Source of the DNA: Candidatus Saccharimonadota bacterium | Lineage (GTDB): Bacteria; Patescibacteriota; Gracilibacteria; UBA1369; 2-02-FULL-48-14 | Direction of reading: 5' to 3' | NCBI GenBank assembly: GCA_016699145.1 | Contig: CP064962.1 | Coordinates: 270,001-302,000 of the forward strand | DNA: 32,000 nucleotides | Shown here: one piece after another, positions 23,724 to 31,800 of the stretch | Layout of the letters: each line of letters begins with the position of its first letter | Position numbering within the stretch: the stretch's first letter is position 1 | Translations under genes and position numbers: made by a program | The notes under the pieces: generated by a model | Told to the model about the DNA's origin: nothing | What the model saw: the letters and a program-made list of their open reading frames with translations, nothing else | Databases searched by the model: none

Positions 23724-25034
23724 TCAATTTAGAGGCACCTCAATGTCCATGGGACGACTTAAAATTTCACGCACAATTTTGCGATCATCATGCGGAATTT
23801 TGGTTTTGCCCACCACTTGAAACTCCTCGGCTCCCTTTCCGGCCACCACCACCGTATCCCCCGCCCGAGCCAGGCCCAAACCAAGACGTATGGCCTCCCG
23901 TCGATCTAAAATCTGCCAAAACCCTTTGCCTTCTTCTCGAGGAATCCCCTCGCGCACCATGGCAGCAATCCTCAAATGGTCTTCTGTAAAAGGATCGTCA
24001 TCGGTTAAAATCACCCCGTCCGCATACTTGTGAGCCACCGCCCCCATTTTAGGCCGCTTTGTAGTGTCCCGGTCACCCGTGGCCCCAAAAACCACAATGA
24101 GCTTTCCCGGTGTGAGTTCACGGAACATGCTGAGCACTTGATCGAGAGAATCCTCGGTATGAGCATAATCCACCACCACCGTGAACGGCTGCCCCTCTTG
24201 AATGACTTCAATGCGACCCGAAACCGGCGTCATGGCATTCAGTGCCGTTTGAATGCTTTGCAAGTTGATACGATGAGCCGTCGCTACCGTCGCCGCCGCC
24301 AAAGCATTGTAGACGTTCATACGTCCCGGAATGTGCAAGTCAATATTCACTTCTCCATTTGGAATCCGATACAAAAAGCGCGTCCCATCCGGACGAGTTT
24401 CCAAATTGCGAGCCACATAGGCCCCCTTTACCACTCCATATTCAAAGACTTGATCCACCGGAAAATCTCTAAAATAAGGCCCGGCAGCTTCATCCATATT
24501 CACCACAGAAACTTTGCCCATGCCCGGTTTGCGCGGAGACACATTGAGCTTGGCAAAAAGACGTCCTTTGGCCTTCATGTATTCCTCCATCGTTTGATGG
24601 TAATCCAAATGATCTTGAGTCAAATTGGTGAAAACCGCCGTATCGACATTGATGCCCCAAATGCGATTTTGAATCAGAGCATGGCTGGTCACTTCCAAGA
24701 CCAAAACTTCACAACGCGCATCCGCCATTTCTCGGATTTTGCGATTCAAATCGAAAGGGCTCATGGTGCTCTGCTTGGTCAGGTTCACTTCCTCTTGATC
24801 TCCCACTTTAAAATTCACTGTGGTGAGCAAACCCGTGCGCTTGCCGGCAGTTGAAAAAATCTTATGGATCATATTGCACGTGGTGGTCTTGCCCTTGGTG
24901 CCTGTGACCGCAATCACCACCATATTTCGCGCAGGAAAACGATAAAAAAGCGCCGCACAAACAGCCTTCCATTTATGATAGAGCAATCGCAAAGGATGCT
25001 GAGGCGGAACAAGCTTGCGGAAAAAATCCTTCAT
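23724..25034 (-). CDS. murE: Mur ligase, MurE-type (UDP-MurNAc-L-Ala-D-Glu:diamino acid ligase) with a short N-terminal domain
   Basis: P-loop VTGTKGKTTT at aa 44-52, DYAHTEDSL, GDRDTTKRPKMG, and TDDDPFTED in place of the TDDNPRTE motif. Confidence 0.8.
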   Translation of the reverse strand: MKDFFRKLVPPQHPLRLLYHKWKAVCAALFYRFPARNMVVIAVTGTKGKTTTCNMIHKIFSTAGKRTGLLTTVNFKVGDQEEVNLTKQSTMSPFDLNRKIREMADARCEVLVLEVTSHALIQNRIWGINVDTAVFTNLTQDHLDYHQTMEEYMKAKGRLFAKLNVSPRKPGMGKVSVVNMDEAAGPYFRDFPVDQVFEYGVVKGAYVARNLETRPDGTRFLYRIPNGEVNIDLHIPGRMNVYNALAAATVATAHRINLQSIQTALNAMTPVSGRIEVIQEGQPFTVVVDYAHTEDSLDQVLSMFRELTPGKLIVVFGATGDRDTTKRPKMGAVAHKYADGVILTDDDPFTEDHLRIAAMVREGIPREEGKGFWQILDRREAIRLGLGLARAGDTVVVAGKGAEEFQVVGKTKIPHDDRKIVREILSRPMDIEVPLN

Positions 25035-25055
25035 GGCATGGGGTCAAGCGGGGCC

Positions 25056-25084
25056 ATTATAAAAGTCCACCCCTTGTTTGTACA
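25056..25084 (-). promoter_or_regulatory. Possible promoter for murE (minus strand TGTACA-17 nt-TATAAT)
   Basis: On the minus strand there is a perfect TATAAT (25056..25061) 21 nt upstream of the murE ATG, with TGTACA (25079..25084) 17 nt further upstream. Confidence 0.3.
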
Positions 25085-25087
25085 CGT

Positions 25088-25450
25088 CTAAAACAAATCT
25101 AAAACAGACCTGACTTTTTCCACATCCTTTTGAATGTGCAGCTTCAAAGCTTCCACGGATTCAAAAGTCTGCAATTCCCGGATTTTTTTCACCACCTCCA
25201 CCGTGGCCTGTTCACCATAGACCTCACCCTCAAAATCGAGCAAAAAAACCTCGACTCGAACCTGAGCGTCTTTGAAAGTCGGCTGCGGACCAAAACTCAT
25301 GGCCCCTTTAAAACGACCTTTTTTCAAAGTGACCCAAACCGCATAAACTCCATGTTCCAAACCTGAAAAGTTCCCTTCTACATTCAAAGTGGGAAAGCCC
25401 ATAGCGGCCCCCCGCCCCGCCCCGTGTACGATTTCACCTATAAGTTGCAT
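25088..25450 (-). CDS. Riboflavin kinase (stand-alone RibF C-terminal-type domain)
   Basis: The probable start is the ATG at 25450 (MQLIGEIVHGAGRGAAMGFPTLNV). The rest is GVYAV...FGPQPTF...VEVFLLDFEGEVYGEQATVEVVKKIRELQTFESVEALKLHIQKD. No FMN adenylyltransferase domain is encoded upstream. Confidence 0.8.
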   Translation of the reverse strand: MQLIGEIVHGAGRGAAMGFPTLNVEGNFSGLEHGVYAVWVTLKKGRFKGAMSFGPQPTFKDAQVRVEVFLLDFEGEVYGEQATVEVVKKIRELQTFESVEALKLHIQKDVEKVRSVLDLF

Positions 25451-25497
25451 CAAAAAAATGCTATCATAAAGACAGTCCAAAATTAACCCCACGCTTC

Positions 25498-25899
25498 ATG
25501 TACACTTATTATGGAATTTGGATCGACCACGCCAAAGCCTTCGTTCTCAAAGGCAACAAAATGGGCGAGTTCACCTTACAATTCTTGGGCTCCAACGTGG
25601 AACCCCACAATCACGGAGGGGAAAGTGCCGAACACCTCACCGTGACCAATCAACACCGCCACGAAGAACGCCGCAAAAATGAGATGAAAGCCTTCTCACG
25701 CGAAATTTTAGAACTCATCAAAGACCCGGACGAAATCGTGATTTTTGGACCCGGCACCGCCAAACACGCCTTCAAACACGAACTCGAGGCACACAAAGCT
25801 TTGGCCTCCAAACTCAAAGGCGTAGAAACATCCGACCACCTGAGCGAAGCCGAGCTCAAAGAATTTATGAAAGACTATTTCAATTTGCCTCAACATTAG
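25498..25899 (+). CDS. Hypothetical protein, 133 aa (weak resemblance to the host-attachment/eRF1-like small protein family)
   Basis: ORF with an ATG start. The pattern WIDHAKAFVL...MKAFSREILELIK...DEIVIFGPGTAKHAFKHEL...LSEAELKEF recalls Host_attach-type proteins. This comes from memory and has not been verified. Confidence 0.55.
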   Translation: MYTYYGIWIDHAKAFVLKGNKMGEFTLQFLGSNVEPHNHGGESAEHLTVTNQHRHEERRKNEMKAFSREILELIKDPDEIVIFGPGTAKHAFKHELEAHKALASKLKGVETSDHLSEAELKEFMKDYFNLPQH

Positions 25900-27064
25900 A
25901 GGCCCCAAAACTCAAGTTTGAAAAAAGCAGCAGGTAAAAAAACAAATCGTTTTTAAACCAAGGCGTGTCGATGAGGCCGTGAATAAGAAAGTAGAGCAGT
26001 ACATAAGTCGCAAAAAGGCGCACTCCTCGGCTTTTTTTAGCCGTGAACAGGGTCCACAAACAATGCCCCAAAAGGAACACGCTAAAAAGCAGGCCCAAAA
26101 GCCCATGGTTCACCCAAAAAAGCAGAAAGACATTGTGCGGCTGCAAAACGACATAATCCAAAGGTTCACTCCCCAAAACTTCCGCTACATTTTGCTCGTA
26201 ATGCATTTGGAATTGACCCAAGCCCAAGCCCAAGAAAAAATGCCGAGGCTGCTCGAGCAAAAAGGCCGTGGTCTGCCAAATTTGGCCGCGCTCATCCAAA
26301 CTGGAATAGTCGGTTTGAAGTGTGGGTAAAATCTTCACATAAAAGGCAAAAATCAAAAAAATCAGTCCCAATACCCCCACCAAACCTTTGAACCAAAAAG
26401 TCTTAAAAAACGGCAGCGGAGCAGCCCTCAGTCCATAAAGCCCAAGCACACCCAAAGCCCCCCCCATGGCACCAAAAGAACGAGTGGCCAAAATCAAAAG
26501 CCCCGTGATTAAAAAGGGAATCCAAAGCCGCAAACGCTTTGGTTTTTCCACGAGTTCAAAGGCAAAAAACAAAAGCGCCGGAATCAAATAAATCGCCAAA
26601 TAAACAGCAGAATCCAAAGGACCTGCCAAACGCCCATCGAGCATCACATTGAAACCAAGTGCGTTGTAAAGCACAGAAAAAAGTCCGAAACAAAGCGCCC
26701 CATACGAAAGAATTTTAAGCCCTTTCCAACGTTGTTCGTCAGTGCTGTAGGTCTGCAAAAACGTGACCGCAAGCAGCGTTCCAAAAAAGACAAACTTGGC
26801 AAAACGCAGAGCATTCACCGCATCGAGCAAAGGCAGCCACAATAAACTCAACAAAGAAAGTCCTACAAAAATCAGCAAAACTCTTTCACCAAAAAAACCC
26901 TTTAAAACAGCTCTGGGTCCCTTCACCACCACCAGGCAAAAAAAGGCAGCCAAGATCAAGATTTCTTGCAGATTGCTGGGGTAGAATCCAAAAGAAAAAC
27001 GCAGCAAATAAGACTGCAAAAAAAACAAATTGAGCCCCAGTAAAAAAGGAAGTATTTTTTTCAT
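25880..27064 (-). CDS. O-antigen ligase/polymerase family (Wzy_C-type) membrane protein
   Basis: The probable start is the ATG at 27064 (MKKILPFLLGLNLFF), sharing its A with the TGA of the upstream gene (TGATG). It is polytopic, with a loop carrying LDERGQIWQTTAFLLEQPRHFFLGLGLGQF...LQPHNVFLLFWVNHGLLGLL, the R..W...P..G.G.G.F...HN signature of this family. Confidence 0.75.
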   Translation of the reverse strand: MKKILPFLLGLNLFFLQSYLLRFSFGFYPSNLQEILILAAFFCLVVVKGPRAVLKGFFGERVLLIFVGLSLLSLLWLPLLDAVNALRFAKFVFFGTLLAVTFLQTYSTDEQRWKGLKILSYGALCFGLFSVLYNALGFNVMLDGRLAGPLDSAVYLAIYLIPALLFFAFELVEKPKRLRLWIPFLITGLLILATRSFGAMGGALGVLGLYGLRAAPLPFFKTFWFKGLVGVLGLIFLIFAFYVKILPTLQTDYSSLDERGQIWQTTAFLLEQPRHFFLGLGLGQFQMHYEQNVAEVLGSEPLDYVVLQPHNVFLLFWVNHGLLGLLFSVFLLGHCLWTLFTAKKSRGVRLFATYVLLYFLIHGLIDTPWFKNDLFFYLLLFSNLSFGASNVEAN

Positions 27065-28053
27065 CACAATAAGCTTGCCATAAAAAACCAAAAAAGAAAG
27101 GCATGAGAAGCGGTCAAGTGCGGCCACTCTAAAAACGCCAAAAGCCCAAAACAAAGAAGGCTGGTTGCCAAAGCAAAACGACCTTGAATATCCCTTTCTT
27201 GAATCCAAGGCAAAGTTTTGGCCAAAAGCCAAAGACCGGAAGAAAACAGCAAAATCAAAGCAAAAAAGCCGGGAAAAGAATCAAAAAAAGGCAAGGGAGG
27301 CAAAAGTAAAAATCCCTTTTGATGAAGCCAAAAAAGGCCGCCATAAAAGACGAGGCTCCAGATGCCCACGGCCAGCAGCCGCCAAACCCGCTTGGGAAGC
27401 CGAAGCAGCGCAGAAATTCCAAGACAAAAAAGCACCACCCAAAACACCCATAAAGCTTGCAGCAGGATCAGTGCTATCCCTGTCATCAAAAGCACTCCCA
27501 AACTGAAAAGCAAATCTTGTTTAGAACTGAAAAAAACACTTCGTAAAAATGAAAGCACAAAAGCGGAGCCAAAAATCACTAAAAGGGCTCCCTCACCCCC
27601 AAACGGAGCCTCTAAAGGAAGCACCCCTCCACCACGTGAGAGAAAGGTCTGAACCACTGAAAGCGCCAAAAATAAAGCAGCGACCATAAAAGCTCTTTGA
27701 GACAAAAGCAGCATGGAAGCTTTTTCACGAAAAATACTGCGAGCCATCACAAAATAAAGCAAAGGGAAAAGTAAAACTGTTTTAAGCCCCTCCAAGCCCA
27801 AGCCCAATTGTAAAGTCCAAATCCCGAGGCCCAGCACAAAAAGAGGAACAGGCCACAGCTTCCATTCGTGACGGCGAAAAGACTCATGTTCGAATAAAAA
27901 GTAAAACAAGATCGCCGCCAAAAACACCTCCGGTAAAGTCACCGGCACCCCTAAAAAAATCCCCTGAACCACATACAGGGGGAAGAGTAAGGGCAAAAGG
28001 GCCACCAATCGAGGAAAGAGTCCACCCGGCAAAGGCCTCAAAAAAACACTCAT
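27064..28053 (-). CDS. Polytopic membrane protein, hypothetical (N-terminal similarity to the adjacent O-antigen-ligase-family protein)
   Basis: It has about 9-10 hydrophobic helices. The N-terminal segment FPLYVVQGIFLGVPVTLPEVFLAAILFYF parallels FLQSYLLRFSFGFYPSNLQEILILAAFF of the downstream gene. The large loop motif is absent. Confidence 0.6.
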   Translation of the reverse strand: MSVFLRPLPGGLFPRLVALLPLLFPLYVVQGIFLGVPVTLPEVFLAAILFYFLFEHESFRRHEWKLWPVPLFVLGLGIWTLQLGLGLEGLKTVLLFPLLYFVMARSIFREKASMLLLSQRAFMVAALFLALSVVQTFLSRGGGVLPLEAPFGGEGALLVIFGSAFVLSFLRSVFFSSKQDLLFSLGVLLMTGIALILLQALWVFWVVLFCLGISALLRLPKRVWRLLAVGIWSLVFYGGLFWLHQKGFLLLPPLPFFDSFPGFFALILLFSSGLWLLAKTLPWIQERDIQGRFALATSLLCFGLLAFLEWPHLTASHAFLFWFFMASLL

Positions 28054-28097
28054 AAAATCCGGAAATTAGAAAGCTTTCAAACCGCTGCACAAATCCC

Positions 28098-28736
28098 TCA
28101 AAGCCGCCATAGGGTCAGCCGCTTTGACCACCCGCTGGAAACCAAAACACCCACTGCCCCCAATTCCAAGGCCTTGCGCACGTCGGCCCCTGTTTTAATG
28201 CCAGCCCCCACAATCACCTTACCAGGGCCAATCCTATTCACTGCCTCTTGAATCAGCTCGGGGCGAGCCGAAGAAACCGATACATTTCCCCCGATCAACT
28301 CCGGCACTTCCACCGCCACAAAATCGGCACCCATTTGAGCAAATTTATTCCCCTCTTCTTCATTTTCAGCACAAACCACGCTGAGCATTTTATATGGCTT
28401 CATCCGTTCCAAAGCCCGCTGAATTTCAGAGTCGGAAAGACGACGTTCAGAATGATTGAGCATGCTGCCATCGATGCCCTTGGAACGAGCCACTTCAACC
28501 GGGATTAAACCTGTATAAGCGCCATAATTCACCCCATCCATATGCTGAGACAGCACGGGAATGCTGACCGCAGCCGCCAACATTTCAAGATCCAAAACCA
28601 TCCCGATGATCGCCACATGCACCCCCATTTCATTGGCCACACGTTCGTGCATTTTGGCAAGCTCCACAGCCCGGGCCCCAACGGCCTCTTCATAAGCTTT
28701 AAAATTCGTGATGAGAATGGGCGTTTGCAAGGGCAT
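28098..28736 (-). CDS. tpiA: Triosephosphate isomerase, archaeal type, with a C-terminal frame disruption
   Basis: ILITNFKAYEEAVG, VLSQHMDGVNYGAYTG, MLNHSERR, AVEVPELIGG and VGAGIKTGADV match the short archaeal-type TIM rather than the bacterial GNWKMN type. After VLVSSG the annotated frame reads WSKRLTLWRL*. The conserved tail VVKAADPMAALRDLCSGLKAF* is encoded in the -1 frame and ends at 28066. Confidence 0.85.
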   Translation of the reverse strand: MPLQTPILITNFKAYEEAVGARAVELAKMHERVANEMGVHVAIIGMVLDLEMLAAAVSIPVLSQHMDGVNYGAYTGLIPVEVARSKGIDGSMLNHSERRLSDSEIQRALERMKPYKMLSVVCAENEEEGNKFAQMGADFVAVEVPELIGGNVSVSSARPELIQEAVNRIGPGKVIVGAGIKTGADVRKALELGAVGVLVSSGWSKRLTLWRL

Positions 28737-28756
28737 GAACAGGAAGGAAAAGGCGG

Positions 28757-28785
28757 TTGTAAAAAATCAAAAATTATGATACACT
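28757..28785 (+). promoter_or_regulatory. Possible promoter (TTGTAA-17 nt-TACACT) for the large + strand ORF
   Basis: -35-like TTGTAA at 28757..28762, 17-nt spacer, -10-like TACACT at 28780..28785, 30 nt upstream of the ATG at 28816. It sits in the 79-bp divergent intergenic region shared with tpiA. Confidence 0.3.
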
Positions 28786-28815
28786 GTAAGGATTTAAAAC
28801 CAAAACAAAACGCGT

Positions 28816-31800
28816 ATGGCAATTTTCCCGCATTCATCAGCCTTCTTCAATCCGTGGAAGAAAAATCTCTTCTTCTTCATGAGCGGAGAAGCTCCCAGTA
28901 GCGGCGCAGAAGCCTTGCCCGCTTGGAAGGAAACTTTGCTTTTGCAAATAGAGCAAGCCGAGCTACGCACTGAAGACGAAGACCGTCTGAGAAAAGAAGT
29001 GAAAGACTGGAAACCCACTGAAAACGAACGTCAAGATCAATTTGAACTGCGCATGAGATACGCCACCAATAAAGCTGAAATAGCCAAACGCACAGGAGAA
29101 AAATACGGGGATCTAGTTAAAGAACTCACCGCTGGAAAGAAGGCTAAAGACGCCTTGCCGTTTTTACAAAACACAGAGGGCAAATCTCTCTCTGACCACG
29201 TGGCCGACCATGAATTGGAACAAGGCAAGCAATTCACCGTGAACTTCGGGGTTGGAGTGGAAGGCATCAATCAAACACAAGCTCGCCAAGCTCAACGCCG
29301 CATTGGTCTGCACCACATTTTTGCCGATCAACCAGAAATCACCAGACTCGCCGTAACCGATACAAAAGGCAACACGGTAACTGTCCTACGTTGCCCCGAC
29401 GGACGCTATCGAGAAGAAGGCAAGCTCAATAAGAAAAGACATCACCCCATCTACCAAGGATACAGCGTAAAAATTCTTGAAATTGGAGGAAAAGATGAAG
29501 CCAAGAAAATGGCCACACAAGAAGCCGAAATGAAGTCCGATCAAAAGATGGAAAAGGCCGCACAAAGCCGCTTGCAAGACGCTCAAGCAAGCGAAGCGAA
29601 AGCAGCCGAAAGCAGCAGTGTCGCTCAAAATGAGACTCATAAAAAAGCAGCCCTAGAAATGGCCGGTGTTCAAAGCGGCAAGCCCGAAGCAGTTGCTAGT
29701 GAAATTGCACTCAGCCCCGAAGAAGAACAAGCCTTCAACGAACAAAACCGGCTCTTGAGAAATGGTGTGAACGCTTTGACTCAAGAAGTCTTCCTCAGCG
29801 ACTCGAAAGCCGGGGAAATAAAGACGGCCTGCGAACAAGAACTGACCGATAAAAAGTTCAAATCCATCGTCTATGAAGGAAGAGAAGGAGAACTGCAAAA
29901 AGTCACCCTCACTTTAGTGGATAAAAAGGGAATCGAACACAAATACACAGGAACATCCAGTCACCCCATTGGCGTCAATGCTTTTGTGGATGAAAACTTA
30001 CCCGGAATCGCGCCCGGCGCAGAAAGCGTCAAAGCCTATGCTTGGAACCGCGAAGCTTTTAAAGACTTAATCAAAGACCTCGCCAAAACAGGAGGAGAAA
30101 TCGTTCACCCTGAACACAGTTCCCCTTATGACAATGGAGTGATCTATGGAGGCGTGCGAAAAGCCGCAACCACCGGTGAAGAAGGCGGAACCCTTGCTGA
30201 AGTGGCCAACCCTGAATACGGAAAAGCCCACCAAAACCTCAGCCAAGTGGATAGAAACAACGACGGCAGCATCGACATCAAAGATTACGAATATGTACAA
30301 AGCCTCAAAACAGGCGAAGGCGCTCGCCTGCCCGACGCCCTAAAAAAGTGGACCGTCGCCGATTTTGAAGCCAACAAGCACCGCATCGATCACATGGATC
30401 AATTCTGGGATTCCCTGCAAGTGCTCGGTAAACAAAGCGGAAAAACCGAAATGGAACTGCTCAGACCCTTTTTGGATGGAAATAAAATCACCTATCAAGA
30501 ACTCTGCCGTCAAGTGTATGGACAAAGTCCCGAAAAGCTTTGGGAAGATTATTCAGAAATGCGCGATGCCTTAACAAGGCAAAACGCTCAATCCGACAGT
30601 GAAAAAACAAACATCAAGAAGAAAGACCGCATGGGAGAAAGCAAGGACGAATACTACACCTATGCCGAACTCAAAGCAGCCACTCAAAACGATGAAGCCT
30701 TCTTTGAAGCCAGCTATCGCCTGCTCGAAGCCACTCGCGTTTTAGAAAAAAACAAGAGCAGCATTGTGGAAGGATCGGTGGAAAACGGCACCCCAGAAAC
30801 AGCCAAAAAATTGGTGGCTCAACTCTTCGATCCCACCGATACGGCTCCCCTTGCCAGACGCACGCTCGGCGAAGTTTTGCGAGGCGAAGAAATCGAAGCC
30901 AGCATGGATTCCACTCATCGGGACTACTTAATGAAAGGAGAAAATCGTTACGAAACTCACATCTCTTCCGCAGGAGCGTATGCTTTGCTGCTGGGGGAAT
31001 TCGCCCACGGGGCTGAAATGGACTACAAAGGGCTCTCTGCTCGGCTCACTCAAATGCGCAAGGCCGGTCTTCTGTTTTACGAACAAATGGCTCCTAAAGA
31101 CCAAGAACGCCTCAATCGTTCCCTAGCCAAAGAATGGGGCATTACAGCCGAAGCCGTGCCTGCAAAACTGAAAGCGGCCGCTGAAGGCGCAGCCTTGGAT
31201 GAAAACAAACTCCAGTCTGAAAAGCCCTTCACTCCAGAAGAAATTTTGCTCATTCAATTGGGCATGATTCCCGAGGCCTCTCGCCGTGAAGCCGCAGACG
31301 TCGCCAGCGTAGAACGCATCAAACTCAAAGAAATGAATGAAGAAGCTCGAAACAAAGTGGCCGAGGCCGTCAAAGCCATCGGAAAGGCTTATCAAGAAAA
31401 AACAGGTCAAACTCTCTCCGAAGAAGAGCTCAAGAGCTTGGAACAAGAAGCCTTGAACCAACTCGTCATTCGTGAAAACAAAGGGGCCCTCGGTCTCGCC
31501 TTCAAAGTCAGCGACGGAAACGTGGATGCAGGAGCAGGTTATGCCCGAGAATTGGTCCGTGTGCCCATGGGCGACAAAGGGTACCTCAGCATCAACGCTG
31601 GAGTAGGAGTCGCTTGTATTGAAGAACTCCGCATCGTCGAAACACTCAGCGTGGGCGCCGATGTCAAAGTGGGAACTCGCTTTGGAAAAGAAGACCAAAA
31701 CCGCGCTTCCGCTGCGGTGGGAGCAGCCATCTCTGTAGGAAAGGTGAACCTGGGGGCCAAAGTCGGCATACAAGTCAAAAAAGACAGCGAACGCGTGTGG

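Noticed and set aside
24030-24854. 274-aa + strand ORF opposite murE. Similar antisense ORFs lie at 762..1460 (secDF), 17767..18288 and 18352..18975 (rpoD), and 19872..20525 (dnaG).
   Set aside because: Each is antisense to a strongly supported conserved gene, and none has a recognisable motif. They are typical stop-poor antisense frames.
25035-25087. GGGG...CCCC partial hairpin between the riboflavin kinase gene and murE, considered as a terminator.
   Set aside because: The stem is only 4-5 bp with a large loop and no following T-tract on the transcribed (minus) strand. The region is better explained as carrying a TATAAT promoter element for murE.
28542-28901. 119-aa + strand ORF spanning the tpiA 5' end, the intergenic region and the start of the giant ORF.
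   Set aside because: It overlaps tpiA antisense, crosses the promoter region, and is in a different frame from the long ORF that starts at 28816. No coding signal supports it.
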